Assembly (NCBI GenBank): GCA_977030845.1
Contig: OZ365114.1
Location: 12,586,001 to 12,650,000, forward strand
Direction: 5' to 3'
Source: Fimbriosthenelais zetlandica
Lineage: Eukaryota
DNA length: 64,000 bases
The first letter of the stretch is position 1; every line of letters begins with the position of its first letter. Under the pieces are notes generated by a model that was not told the origin of the DNA, did no database searches, and saw nothing but the letters and a program-made list of their open reading frames with translations. Shown here one piece after another: positions 38,651-52,900 of this stretch. The position numbers were made by a program, and so were the translations under genes.

Positions 38651-39777
38651 TAGTGCAGATCGCCCCCTCAGACTGGGGAGTGAGGTAGAATGATGATGGA
38701 TGGGTGGCTAGACAACTTGACGGGCTTTGTCATTAACATCTTAAGAAAGGAAAAACACCGGCAAATATTATTCAACACATTGTTGTTTTAAGCTTGAAAT
38801 CCATAGGAAATGTCAAGTTTGGGCATAATTTGATCTTTCGAGTCCAAGGAAGACAGCAATTATTGCCTTGAAATTCTTATGCCAATAAAATATTTATAAG
38901 GGCATGGCAGAGTTTCCTCTTGAATGACCATTTTAGGGCATTAATGCAAGTCAAAATGGTACCCAAGGGCATCACAACATATCAAGATATCACTCCAACT
39001 AAATCAGTTTAAAAGAAGTCTCGTATTTATATGCCACATCTGACTTGATTGTCTTGATATTATTTTAAGAAGTCCCTGGTGATTTTGGGCTGTTGGGACA
39101 GGACTAAGAAAGGTCACAGTATTAAAATTCTGTCAGTGGAGGAATACATGCCGTAATGGATCATGACAGCAAATGTATACAAAGACACTACACTGACTTG
39201 TAAATGTTCACAGTCAGTCAGACCTCTGTTTTAGATCTATGATAATATTACAGAGTATAGGGATGGCCTGACAGTGCTTCTGTTCTAAGCTTGCCCCTGA
39301 AACCTTTAGTTTAGAGCCTTTGTTATTGTGGGACTGGCTATCATACAATCTACTTTCTTTTTGTGTAGAAACCTAGTAATCACGTTGGGGTCAACATTTT
39401 CTGTACCAAACCAGTGAAGCTATATTAGTCCTATTATAAATATCACAGACGTATTATTTATAGCCTAATGACTTCAGTCTTCACGTGGTGACAAGTCAAA
39501 TGACTGCCTAGTCTGCTGTTGCTAAACTGCAACCAGTGGTCACGCCTATGTCTGGACTACATAATATAGGAAAAATAGATGAGGTCTTCATTTAATAGTT
39601 TCTGAACCCTGTTTTTGAAACAGGAATTTTCATATTTATATGTTGTATTAATAAGAAAACCTATATGTTCTCCAGCAACAATGACTGGGAGACGGGGAGC
39701 TGTGCACCAACTCCCGGCTCCATCTCCATCCCAGACCACAACAACAACATACATTCACTCATTCATCCGCTACTTAC

Positions 39778-40140
39778 CTCGCTCATTCTCCAGCTGATTC
39801 CTTCAACATAACACACCAAAGCACATTGGCAGAAAACGTATCCAATCAACAGTAGATTCCCTCCTCCCGCACGTCAGAAGAGTGCTGAATTCATTCTCAA
39901 ACGGGGGTAAAACAGCCACGAAATCCAGCCCCGGACCGCTTGCCTCCGAGAAAGTTTTCTCTCTGACTGTCCGCAAGACGGAGTGGGTACGAGTTGCTGA
40001 ACGGAGTGGTGTCCTCAGGACACCAGTGCGATTAGGAGCAGAGTCGCCCCCACGCGGAAGAGGTTGGAACTTGAGGGGAAATACACAGTTCTGTAAAATC
40101 CCGTCACGAACATGGTGGAGCCACATGCGTGAATAATAGA
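39778..40140 (-). other. Candidate first exon of an unidentified minus-strand gene divergent from EFHC1 (codes Met-Ser-Glu before the intron)
   Basis: GC-richer leader, ATG at 39786, consensus donor GAG|GTAAGT at 39777; shares the promoter island with EFHC1. Downstream exons not identified. Confidence 0.4.
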
Positions 40141-40180
40141 TCTCGCGCTGCGCGAGAGTTTAGGCGAGGCTGGTAGGTTT

Positions 40181-40213
40181 GTTTACCTGGGCAACCAACG
40201 AGTCCCTGGCAAC
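40181..40213 (+). promoter_or_regulatory. Tandem RFX X-box-like sites upstream of EFHC1
   Basis: GTTTACCTGGGCAAC (40181-40195) and GTCCCTGGCAAC (40202-40213), each with a perfect GGCAAC half-site, ~90-120 nt before the ATG of a motile-cilia gene; a further TAGGCAAC at ~40641 in intron 1. Confidence 0.6.
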
Positions 40214-40299
40214 CACGTGCGGCAAAGACTACCCGACAACAACAAGCAGGTTCATTATCAAGCCTGGCAGTGTTGGCACACACACAAGGAACAGCAAAG

Positions 40300-43200
40300 A
40301 TGGAAGGTTTACCATTTCTCCCAGGCAATACTTTCAGAGACCCAACAGTAAGTCTTGTTCATTTGTAATATATATATTATAACTTTGGGTAGAGTGTCAA
40401 TGTACTGCAGTGCAGAGACTGCAGACTCGGCAGAACCAGTGATGTGTGTGTACTTGCAAAGGTGGTAGACCCTACTCACTACAGTAACTGCTGGTGTTTT
40501 GATTGGGTTCTGGTTGCCCGGTGAAGGCAAGAAGGAAAGAACTACAATCAAACATCTGGATATTGAACATTCTATTTTCTGAAAAAAATGTTTAATTATT
40601 ATATTTTATGGCGGACCCGGAGGGACAGTAGGCAGTGGGCTAGGCAACAACTTGAAAAAGTTGTGACTGTTGTTACAGTGTTACTGTTACTGTTAGATTA
40701 AGATCTAGCTAGTGTTTTAGAAATTGTTCACTGGGTCTCCAGTCTATTCTAACACTAACAGTTAATTCAATGTTGTTCACTAAAATTATTAAATCTGTAG
40801 CCTAGACTAAATTAAAGGTTAGATTTTTTAGAGATTGCTGATTGGGTACAACGTCTTTAATAGGCTATTTGTGAATTGACAATCCTGGGACTGAAAAATG
40901 GTAAAATTTTACTTTTCAGCAAAGTAAATATCATCGGAGCCAAAGTTTAGGATACAGAAATGGCTACGCCCTTCAGACACGCCCCACGGCTGGAATTGGG
41001 GGCGTGGCAATCCCCCAAAACGAGTTGTCGGAGGCGGAGCTAGATGAACTGGCCAACTATAATCCCACCCTTACTTATGGCCAGGCCAAACAGACCCCTC
41101 CCGAGGATTTTGTCCCCGCCCACGTAGCCTGGGACAAAAAGGTAAGTTCATAATATTTCTGAGTGTGTGTGAGAAAGAACTAATTATTTCATAGTACACT
41201 GATCGTTCATACAAGAATAAATCGACCTATTTAGAAATCATTCACCATTTTCATTGTCAATAATTATTAATTCATAATAATTTATTTTTCTCTGTAGGTG
41301 TTGAAGTTTAACGCCTGGTACAAGCAGACTGTCCATGAATCGCCCAAGGAACATTACAGAGTCCGCCATGTTAATATTTATTACTATTTAGAAGATGACA
41401 GTATCTCAGTGGTGGAACCAGTCATTGAAAACTCAGGCATGCCACAAGGTAGGCTTTAACAAATCATAAATGTGTGAAAGCTTAATGTTTTGCAATTAAT
41501 ATGCTTGAATCAAAGCTTGTACAATATGCTTGAATCAAAGCTTGTACAATCATGCTCTGGCATCAGCACGATGGTATACAAGCTTTAGTTTTAAGCTTAA
41601 GTGCAAGAACTATTTAATAATTAAATAATTGACATTTTAACTTGGTCATTATTTTGTTAGTAAATAATTTTGGTTGTTAATTCTCATGCAAATCTTGGCC
41701 AATGTGTCGCAAAATTTTCTATGTTTCTATGAATCAATGTTTCAAACTTACAGGAAAACTGATCAAGAGACAGAGACTTCCCAAGAATGACGTTGGCGAT
41801 CACTGGCACTGGAAAGACATCAATATTGGAACTAACGTCACATTCTATGGCAAGGTGTTCCACCTCAACAACTGTGACCAGTGGACCAGGGTAGGCATAT
41901 CTTGTCATTACTTGTAAACGAATGCCATAAATGGACGTTTTTATTGAAAAAAAAAGTAATAATATATTTTTTTAATATATCCGTTATTTATTTTTATGTG
42001 TAAACTCTTTAATATATTTTTATTTAATGATTATTGTGATTTAATTGTAATTTTGCAGGACTTTTTGGAGAGTGAGGGTATTGAGGTAAACCCGCCTGAG
42101 CCTGCCCCTGAGATACCCAAAGACCCATACACGGAGGCTCGCCGTGAAGCCGCCGCACCACGCACCTACAAAACAGCCTCCGACTTTGACAAACTCAGAC
42201 AGTTCATCAGCATGGACCGCAAAGTACTGCGCTTCTACGCCGCGTGGGATGACAGGGATAACATGTTCGGCGAAATGAGGCAATTCATCATTCATGTGAG
42301 TTTAATTATATTAGTATTCAAATGTGGATTTGACATTTTACTAAAAGAACATCGGAAAATAGGACAAAAATTAAAAAAAAAAAAAAAAAAGAAGAAGAAG
42401 AAGAAAAAAAAAAGTACTAGTACTATCGCCATCTCTTAGAAACAGTTGAATGGCAGTTACTGTAGAACCTTGATTACTGTTAAAATATGTATCTTTCTTA
42501 TGTTTCTTTGGATGTTATTTCTGGTATCTGCTTTATACATGTATGCTTAGTTACTAAGTTAGATTCTCCTTGTTTATATCTACAGTACTACTTGGTTAAT
42601 GACACGGTGGAAATCAGAGAGGTGCACAAAGCCAACGATGGACGAGATCCCTTCCCAGTCCTAATCACAAGACATAAGATTCCCAAGAACAGGTATGCGA
42701 GCATTAAATATTATATAAAAAGAGAAAGAAATTAAGAGAAATGGACAAGAACTTGGGAAAGTGTTGTTTCATAGTTGTTCCTTAATCAGAGGGAGCTATA
42801 TGCAACACCTCAAGAACTTGGGAAATGTCCCTTTTACCAATTAATAGACATGTGATAATTTCTATTTTTAGGTACCAAGTTAATTCCTCTTTCCCTGGAG
42901 TTGTCATGGAGTTGACAGACCAGGAAATCAAGGAATATTTCACACCCCGTGATTTTAATATTGGAGAGACGGTGACCATCTATAACCGTCGCTTCCTCAT
43001 CTATGAAGCTGATGACTTCACCAAGGCATTCTTCTACCAGAACTTCGGCGTCAGGGAGTTCAAGACAGTGGATGTCGGCGGCAACCTCGTTCCTCTTCCC
43101 AAAATGGTAAGTGTTCACACTTCTAAATTATTTGACACTTGAATTATTATAATAACTATGTTCAGTTGATTTGCAATATGTGAGAACGTGCCAAATTAAA

Positions 43201-45353
43201 GTATAAGTGGCATCATATCTGATATAAACACTAATATTATTGAATATACTGTACAACACTTACTTTACAAATTACCTTCAAACAATTGCCCATTGAAGTG
43301 TGACAATGATTTGATATTCTTCAAATCATGGATTTGTGTGTTTCTTTCCATGTCATTCATAAAGGAGGAAGTAAGAATAGTCATGGTCTTTCAATGGGGG
43401 AAATACATTATTCAACATGTTTATACATATGTTATCACCTTAACTCTTTTGAAATAGCCCCATGCTTAATTTGTCCACGCTTTGGTCCAGTGAATTGAAT
43501 TTGTATCATGTATGACGCACCTGAAATTTTAATCTAAAAGTACTCTATACCTTTGGGTGTTTTCATTGAAATCAAAATAACATTGTAAGGACACTTTTAA
43601 AGTTTTGAGATCTGTTTTTCTCATCACAGATCTTGCATTGTACTTAACACATTTCACAGCACAATGTGGTTTTCAACTGTTCACCATTTCCAATGTGCGT
43701 CTTTCCAGTGTTTACAGTCATATTCCTATTTCTTTATTTTGGTTTAGATGTTTTAATAAAGGGATTTTGGTGTGTTTTTTTTTTTAGGAAATTGCCCCAT
43801 ACAATGGTTTTGGATCTCTGGAGGACTCCCTCCAGTCCTGCCTCTCCCTCGTACCTCAGCCTCCCAAAAAGGACTTTATCAAAATGCTGGAGAACGATGG
43901 AAAAGTACTACGCTTCGAGGCCATTCTGGTGAGTCACACTTTGAAGAATGAGATTATAGAAACTCTGATCTCTATAGCTTAGTATAAGGGTTAGATTCAA
44001 ATTTTAATTACCTATCTTGTCTGGTCATATTGACCTTCTCAGGCTAAGTCATAGAAGTTTAAAATACCCTGCTGAAGCGACCACTTTTGGTCAGTCCCGA
44101 AAGTGGTCACTTTAGGAGAGGAGCACTGTACATTTCTCATGGAAATGAACAAACCCATCATTATTTAGTCCCACTTTATTAATCTTAACATTTGTCCACT
44201 GCAGGATTCACCTAAGCCTGAAGACCAGGGACGGAAGTTTATCATCTCGTACCGCCTGTCTGATGACATGATAACCATACACGAGCCTCCTGTAAGGAAC
44301 TCTGGCCGTATTGGGGGTAAGTTCCTGGAGCGGACGCGGGCCGCCAAGCCCAGTTGTCCCCCAGATGCCCCCGCCTTCTACGGTCCCAGTGACTTCTACA
44401 TCGGTGCCGTGGTCCAGGTCTTCTCACATCGGTTTGTCATCACGAACGCTGACGCTTACGTTCTGAAATACATGGAAGAGAACTCTCAGAAATTCCCAGG
44501 TGAGTGTTTTGTAAATTGGTTTTATTTTGGATAAAATTCAAAGAGACAAAGGATTTAAGAGACAAAAGGTTATTTTTGCTTCCAAATTGTCTGCCTTATA
44601 TTATGTGATAACTTTCGTAGATGATTTATAAAGGTATTCATAGCAGTGAAATAGACATAAATATATCTACAGAACTTGCATGCACTTACAAAGAATCCTT
44701 CTTTTCCAGTCTCCACCATCGAGTCATTACGTCAGAAGATTGCTGAGTGTCCGATGGAACCAGAAGATAATAGTCTGAAAGTTCGGCGGTCTCAGAACCC
44801 GGGTGAGCTGCAGATACTGGTGAAGGAGGTTAAGGGCCAGCTGAAGAAGATAGCCATCACAGCCAGTAATAGAAAGGACCAGATGTTCCTCGGTGTCGAC
44901 GCAGACAGACAAGGTTTTATCTCCAAGGAAAACCTCCGCCGATTGTGTGCTAAGCAACACCTGCCTGATGATAGTGACATCATTGATGCCGTGAGTATCT
45001 TTTATGTTAATAGTTAATCAGAGTTTGATATAACCCATTAGGGATTATCTAGGTCAGCTTGATCCATTTTCTAGGCTGGGCATTGGCTGGGAAGTCGGCT
45101 TTAGTCGCCCGTAAAGGTGCTGCCAAAATATGGGTTGTTAAAACTAGTTGAGTGGTGGCACTTAAAGAATGAAGTTCTGTTATTTACACTTTAATCTTTG
45201 TACTGTTTTGGCTTCAAATATAAAATATTTAATTCGAAAAGAAAAACTCAAAAATGTGACATTTTGTTTTTTCAGTTGGCAGCAGAGATCAGCCCCCATG
45301 ACCCTGACCACATCACCCTAGAAGATTTCCGCGTTTTCTTCGAGAGTGCATAA
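40300..45353 (+). CDS. EFHC1: EF-hand domain-containing protein 1 (Rib72/myoclonin-1 family; DM10 domains plus C-terminal EF-hand), 643 aa
   Basis: Exons 40300-40347, 40920-41141, 41298-41448, 41754-41890, 42059-42295, 42586-42692, 42872-43106, 43788-43928, 44205-44499, 44710-44990, 45276-45353; all GT-AG, phases consistent, 1932 nt. Peptides [90 protein letters not shown] and [12 protein letters not shown] match EFHC1 as I recall it; EF-loop [13 protein letters not shown]. Confidence 0.95.
41498..41547 (+). repeat. Perfect 25-bp tandem duplication in EFHC1 intron 3
   Basis: AATATGCTTGAATCAAAGCTTGTAC x2. Confidence 0.9.
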
Positions 45354-46428
45354 ACCCTATCGCACTAAGTCTTAACAAAAAATAAACAAAACTAGTCTGT
45401 GATCATCTAAAATCTATCTACACAATCTATTTATTACCTTCACTTCCAGTCACTTCTGACATGAAAGAAATGTTTTTAAAACAGATGTAGATGTTACATC
45501 TCTGATACAAAATAAATCAAGAATTGTAGCCTAAATAAAGCAAATTTTATGTACTATACTATGCTTCGAGTAAGCTTCAAAATTTAAAATAAAGATATTG
45601 AACTATAGTCTGTACTCTTATATTTTAAAGAAAATTGTATTTAATTTTGTTTTATTGAATAATAATTATTGTCTGAATTCCTTAATGTGTATGTCCATTG
45701 GATATGGTAGTATCTCGTTTGTTGGGAAAAGGTATGGAATTATTTGAAAAGTAATGGAATAATTTACATAATTATGAAAGGGCAAAACCAAGTATTGAAA
45801 GCTACCGTGATAATTATTTGTAAATAAAATCTAGTTGACTGGAGAAGAGAGAAAATGTATGGTGTACTTTTGTCATTTCACTAAATAAAATTATTTCATC
45901 CTCAAGAAATTGTCATTTACTGTATGTACCGGCACACAGTGACCTTAAGCTATGAGAGTAAAACATCACTCTTATTATCGAGCTATGTCAGTTTCGTCTA
46001 AACTCTTGAAATTTAATGACAATGGAAAGCACAAATATCGAAAGATTTCAACACCCAAAAAGCAAGCCAAAACAAAACTTAAAAAATAAATTTGACTTGA
46101 GTCAGATCGATCTTTATTGATAATTCGTCGAGTTTAATAACTTGTTTTATGATACACAATTTGATGAATTTGTACACATCACTGTGCACATGTATTTTTA
46201 CACACCACAGCGCTCTACAGTATCAAGTAGGCCTACACCATCTGTAGGGAATGGTCCTTAGAATCAATGGATATAAATTATAACATGTATACAATTAATT
46301 TATATCTTTTGATTCATGATCACTTCTCTCATATAAATATAATTGATGCCGCAATTTGTAATCTAAACATCCAGGATATAATTCAACATTGGCCCAGAAT
46401 AAATTTCTAATATTATTCACATAATACA

Positions 46429-46618
46429 CAGTCGAGTCTCACTAATGCGACCAACCTTGGACTGTGGTCATATAGATACTATATGCCTGCATTAAATAAC
46501 GGGATGGTCGCTTTAGTGAGTACCTTAATAGTGTTAACACTTTTGGTTCTGCACAGGTATAGTGGTTCAATATCGTGATGGTGGCTTTAACGAGGTGGTC
46601 GTTATAACGAGTCCACTG
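46429..46618. mobile_element. CAGT..ACTG MITE between the EFHC1 and GTF3C2 3' ends
   Basis: CAGTCGAGTCTCACTAATGCGACC ... GGTGGTCGTTATAACGAGTCCACTG|TA, with internal GGTCGCTTTAGTGAG subterminal repeats. Confidence 0.55.
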
Positions 46619-46992
46619 TATTGATATTAATTCATCAATAAACCACTTTTAATGCATGTATGAGTTAACAAAGATATTAATATTTCTTAAATGTTTGACA
46701 GAAACTTATCTGGATAACTTATGGGGACAAGATGCACTTTAGGGTCTTGCATGGACTATTTAACAGCAAAAACAAAATTATTCAGATTTGTAAGTTCCAA
46801 CATACAAAAATCACTGGATATGTTTGAGTATACTTAACAAAAAATATTCAAGTTTGTTCTCGACTTGTGGTTTCAGTTTAATTGTTATCCCAAATAAAAT
46901 ATAATGAAGATGGTTAATAATAATACTAATACGAGGTAGGTGGTAAACCTAAGTTTCTTGATCCGCCTTTGAATAATATACGGTACCAGATC

Positions 46993-49900
46993 TTATGACG
47001 TCAAATCATCGACGTCATCTTCCTGGGGGCATCCAGTTTGATTGAAGGCCCAGGCCACAAAGTCACACTCACGCTGGTTGGAGAAGAGGGGGAGGTGGAT
47101 GAGACGGACAAGGCCCGACTCCCCACCCACCGCCTGCCACAGGTGGCTGCCCAGGTTAGGGTTCCATTCAACCTAGGGGAAGGGAATAACAGAATGAAAA
47201 TCAGTAAAATCTGGACAAAATGACTATATTGTGTATTTCATTTTTAATGCCTTGTTCCCATAATCCTCGGTTCCTGAGTTTGCATGTTCTTTTAACACAA
47301 ATTGATTTTATTCAAAAGGTGTTATAATGGTGCCTAACTAACGCACTTTAAAAAAGTGCGTTGCGATGGCCCCAGATAAGAATTTCCCTTCAATTCTCCC
47401 TTTAGAATGATACTTACTTTATTTTGGGAGGACAGTAGAGGCCATAGCAAATCTGGTTTTAAGTCTTTAGCAGTGCTAATCTTAGTGCCTTTGCGTAAAT
47501 CGAGATTTTCCTGAAAAAAAGAATTAGAAAATTTACATTTACCAGGCAATGAGCTTCTAAACTTCCCACCTAGTGTCTATCTCTGTTAGTCAAAAGTGAT
47601 TGGCCTAGTGAATTCCCATTAAACTAACCATATTAGCATCACTGAAGACGAGAGTGTACAATTCCATCATTTCTTGAACACTTGCGGGCCGCACTTCAGT
47701 TGTGACTGAGTCCATCTTTTCCATGACTTTCTGTACTGATGATAGGAAGCTGTTGCTATGGCTCTCCGCAGTCTCTGGCCGGGCCTTGCTGGGTGTGGCC
47801 GTCTCTTTATTTTGTGGAGCGTCCATCAGGGGGTGGCGACAACGCGAGCAGACGGCGGAAGTGACGTCACAAACGTCATGTAATGGCGTCTCACAGCGAC
47901 ATGGTTCTAACGGTTCACAGTCCAGTCTGTACAAGACCTGGAGTAATGGAAATACAGTGATAAATTAGATGTTACAAGATGAAGAAACTCCGGAAATGAT
48001 GATTAGATGTATTTTCTTGTATAATCTTCTACTATATTGGTCTAAGCTGAAAGCCAAAAGAAGAGGAAAACCTACCATTCGCCTGGATGTGAAGGACTTG
48101 TGATTCTTATGAACAGAGAGAAGGAAGGGTAGAAACATTCCTTCCACAGTGCCAGCACTGTCCACTGAAACCAGGGTGTTCAGCCAGTCGGAAAAACTCA
48201 GATCCTGAAACAAAAATGTGTAGTGTAATGTGCAAATCCTCAAGCTCTCCAATTACTTTCATGGTTGCCTTTTCTGTGGGATAAAGTTCCCATGTGAGCC
48301 ATGCTTTGAGCAGCTTATCATTTAGTTGCCCTGACTGAAATTATTCATCAAAATATCCTAATAGAGTGCAGATCTATGGTCTTGAGATGCCTTCAAAATA
48401 TATGAAAAAAGGAGGCATACTTACATTAATACAAGCATTATGGACCGTCAATGGCCGGTTTTGTAGGCCAAAGTACCCAGCATCGAACAAGTAGACAGCA
48501 TTGTGCTCCAAGCTAGAAGGATGGAGAAATCTTATTAAATGATGTTATTAAAAGCTTGGTTCACTTTGGTATTACTACGCCTATACCTTTGGAGAGAACG
48601 AACAGCTGTATTCAAAACCATGGATCTTTGGACTTGTTAAATATTTAAAATTCAACAGGTGTTTAAATAATTAAATTTCCCTCACCTATAACAGTTGTCA
48701 CAACCGCCCATTGTGACTGGCCAGTGGAGGGGCCAGCAGGCTGTAGTGAACTCTGATTTTCCGAGAACATTCACTGGTAAATGGAGATACTCTGTGTTCC
48801 ACACCTTCATAGACCTGTAATAGATGGTTTGTTTGTTTGGTTTAACATTTATTTTACGTACAGTCAACAATTTCACTGGCCTCAAATTCAAGTCAATCAA
48901 CTGCCAGTGCCCCTAGCCAGCCCCCAAAAGAGTTTTTGAGGTGTTGTATAAGCCTATGGCTCCACCTGGAACAATATTACACTTACCTGTCTTGACTGGT
49001 AGTGGTAAAGAACTGCGGCCTTCTCTGGTTGACAGACACAGTGGTGATGGCTCCATGCTGAGCATTAAATGTCATGGCTGGATGGATGCGCAAGCCGTCC
49101 TTAGTCTCTACCCGGAGCAGCGGCGACGTCGTGCCAATGTCATAGATGGCGACTATGCCGTCAACGTACCCAGCAAATATACGTGTCGATCCGTCCAAAT
49201 ACTGCCAGTCAAGACATAAACAAACCTCTAATTTACCTGCAAAAGATCGTATTATAAGTTAAAGTTAATACAATAAAGGATTTTTCTATAAAGTAGCAGA
49301 CACTAAATTTCAAATTTAGCAGTCTAGGTCAGTTTGACAAATTGGTTACATAAATATGTTACTCACTGTCCATAGTAGCTGTGTAGGGCACCAGGGTAAG
49401 GGCAGGATCGACACTGAACACTGAAAGCTTGGCAGATTTGCCTACACCCAAACTACTAGGCTTTGGAATACTGAAAGGGATTACATAGAACAATTCAATT
49501 CTGTTCCAAAAATGCATAATGTTTCAAAGGAGGATAATGCATTTCAAACTTTCTTGCTAGATTCTGAAAGCTTTCTGAAAATCTGGATTCTCCAGTGCTG
49601 CAACGAATCCAATAATTGATTATCCAATTATCATCATTGTCTTACCTGTATATTTTTATTTTACCAGAGCTGGTAGCAACAGCCAGGAAGCCCAGTAAGG
49701 GTAGGTGTGAATCGTCAGCATCGTAACTGCGGCGCGGGCACCACTTCATGTCCCATACAGGCCCGTCTGGTTCCACCAGTACTAGACTCAGCTTCGGTGC
49801 TTTGGCTAAGGTCCTGTACAATTATAATTTCCAAAATTCAGATTCAAAATATTCACTGAAACGACCAAACTAAAACTTCAAGGGGTAGGCTCCACTGAAA

Positions 49901-52900
49901 CGACCAAACTAAAAATTCAAGGGGTAGGCTTCACTGAAACGACCAAACTAAAACTTCAAGGGGTAGGCTTCACTGAAACGACCAAACTAAAACTTCAAGG
50001 GGTAGGCTTCACTGAAACGACCAAACTAAAATGTCAAGGGGTAGGCTTCACTGAAACGACCAAACTAAAACTTCAAGGGGTGAACTTCACTGAAACGACC
50101 AAACTAAAGTTCAGGGGGTGGACTTCACTGAAACGACCAAACTAAGATTCAAGGGGTAGACTTCACTGAAACGAACAAACTAAGATTCAAGGGGTAGACT
50201 TCACTGAAACGACCAAGTTGCTAAAGCAGCTCACTAGGAAATCATCCCCTGTGACAAGTACTTTACCAATATTGGTGAGATTTTCATTATTACTTTGAAT
50301 AATTATTCTGAATACTTACCCGTCTGTCATGGTACCAAAGGCCCAGAGTTGGATGGCTGCGGGTGAGGGGGAGGCCTTCATGATGCTGTGATGTTTGTCG
50401 TACAGTCGGTTAGCGTATATAGCCAGGTACTGGTTAGACATGATGCCATCACGGCGAGGTAACCAGGCCATGGACCGCACAGGCCCTCCGGCATACAGGA
50501 TGTTAATATCTGTAAATATTAGCAGTTTTTTAAGGCCTTCCTCCATGCACTTCTGCAGTTTAAGATTAGTTATTCCTGTTGGTTTTTGTTGTTCTGGAAG
50601 TTCCAATAAATATATTTTTGAAAAATGACTTACCATCTGTCGTACTGCCGAAGCGGGGCAAGTATTTGGCCTCACTTTTAGTCTCCCCTTTCTGGTCTTC
50701 AAGTATCTTCCGGCAGAACCAAGGTGAAAACTCTGACTGAGGTAAAATCTTTTCCGATTCACTATAGAAAAAGTATGGTCAAATTTCATTAGATTGTTTT
50801 AACTGGACCCGAGTAGCACAAGCCATAAAGCCATGAGCAGTAATGTCGGATACCCTGTAAAAGCTAAGATAAGTGATCAGATGGAGCTGGTTTCATTGTG
50901 TTCTCACCTATCATCCAGCCTCCTCCAGTCCTTGGCCTGTGTCCTCCAGTTGTTGAAGAGTGTCATGTCTGTTTGTTGGTGGTTTGCTCGCCAGTTTAGC
51001 GTCCAGCTCAGTGTATGTACCAGCTCTAGTCGTTCCTGAGCCCCAGCTCCAGAATGTCGACGCTGAATGCTGGCTGAACGTACAGCCCTGCCCACCTTAA
51101 AGTTACGCTTCTCTGTGAACAGACGAAACAGACCAAGAATGAATATTTCTTTAAGTTATAGTCAGCAGTCAGTTATCTCAGGGTGAAAAGGAAATTCTTG
51201 TAGGGCCAAAAAAAGTTGGCCAAAATGATAATTCTTACTTTTCTTTGGTGTTTTCTCTAATTCGCTCTCATCCCAGTCAGAATCCTTGTTGTCAGATTCT
51301 GCTGCAGCTGCAGCCTCTGCTTCTACTTTGAATTCGATGTCCTCCTCAGGTTTGACATCCTGTAATAAAAAAGTCACATTGAAAATGTCACGTCACGCTA
51401 GATAACGCTAGGCTTGTCTGGACACTTTTATGTATACTTATAGGGACAGAGAAATAAGCTTACCCAGTTATGTTTAGCAGCATGGTTGATAGCCTCCTCC
51501 TCTGTCGCTGATCTGTCTTTACACCGTGAACACTCGTAGTAAGGCATGTACTGAGGTCTAAACTCACACACAGGGTAATGTGCTACGATGCCCTCCAAGC
51601 ACTCAAACACTTCCTTACACTGAATTACAAAGCATGTCAAGAAAATTTCAATATAAATGTCCAATCAAATTATTAGAATTACAGGCCACCTTTCCGAAAT
51701 ATAGTTTTTTGTAATTGTAATGAAAATATAGGCTTTTAGGTTTTTATAGGTATTCCAAAAGAAATATCATTGGGACGAAGACAATTTTGTCTCAAAAACA
51801 TTAACAGAATGTAGGAAAGTTTGTGAATAACTCACATTAAGAAAATGTAAACTTACCATAGTGTAAGGACATGAGACCTCTTTAAGGGCATCAATATCTT
51901 TTTGCCACTTTTGTTTGAAGTATTTTGTAACTGGTTTTAATCGAGCTTCCACTAGTCTGTACTTGCCCTAACAGATATAAAACACATTACATTCGTTTTC
52001 TTTGAAAAAGATACAATTCCAAATCAAATCTGTTCGTACTTAATGTAAAAATACAAAAAGAAGTCCTTACTGGGGCTTTCTTCCCCCTTTTCGGAGTCGC
52101 CTCTTGTACTGCAGTCCCTGCTGAGGCACTGGCTTCAGGTCCCATTTTCCTTATAAAAGTCTGAATGTTGTTTCTTGCTCTGTGAATACAAAATATATTT
52201 AAAAAATTTAGGTCTATGTGTGTGGAAGGTTTATCAAGGTTTAGCATTCAATGTTATAAGCCATTCACTAAATAGTAAACTTACTTTGCCGCTGCAGATC
52301 TACTACACCTTGCACTTGCATCAAGACTCGTATCACTGATGTTCTGATCCTGGAGGACTGACCAGTCTGCTAAAGGGTTGTGGATATTATCCATGGAGGT
52401 ATCCGGATCGAGGACAGCCGAGGTCGAAAGCAATAAACTTCCATCACCACCCTCCAACCTGCCAATTCATTTATAGTTTTTTTAAGTTTTATTTTCTCAC
52501 AACTTCACAGAAAGTCAACGCCAATTCAATTCTCTATAGGTAGCCAACATGGCTTTTTTGTTGTGACATATATATTTAGGTTTATAATTTCAGAAAGGTT
52601 GAAATAGTTTAATTTCCATTATAGATTCATCAATCAGTTGCATAAAAGAGTTGCATCAACGTTAGCATCTTAATTATGGCATCTTAACCTACCCAGTGCC
52701 ATCACTGCCTTCTGGAGCCATTGAGCATTTCTTCAAATGTGTAAGTATAAATCTTTTGGCAAACACCCGTCCACAATAAGGGCATGGCATATGATTAATC
52801 TGAAACATAATCAACATAAAAACAAGCTAAATAGCTGATTCAGGGAGTTGCTTCAGTTGGTCCCAGCTACAGCCAATCGGACGATTACGAACGGTTGGAT

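Noticed and set aside
46995-47016. CRE palindrome TGACGTCA near the GTF3C2 end
   Set aside because: Lies in the last codons (..DDLTS*) of the CDS, so coding sequence explains it.
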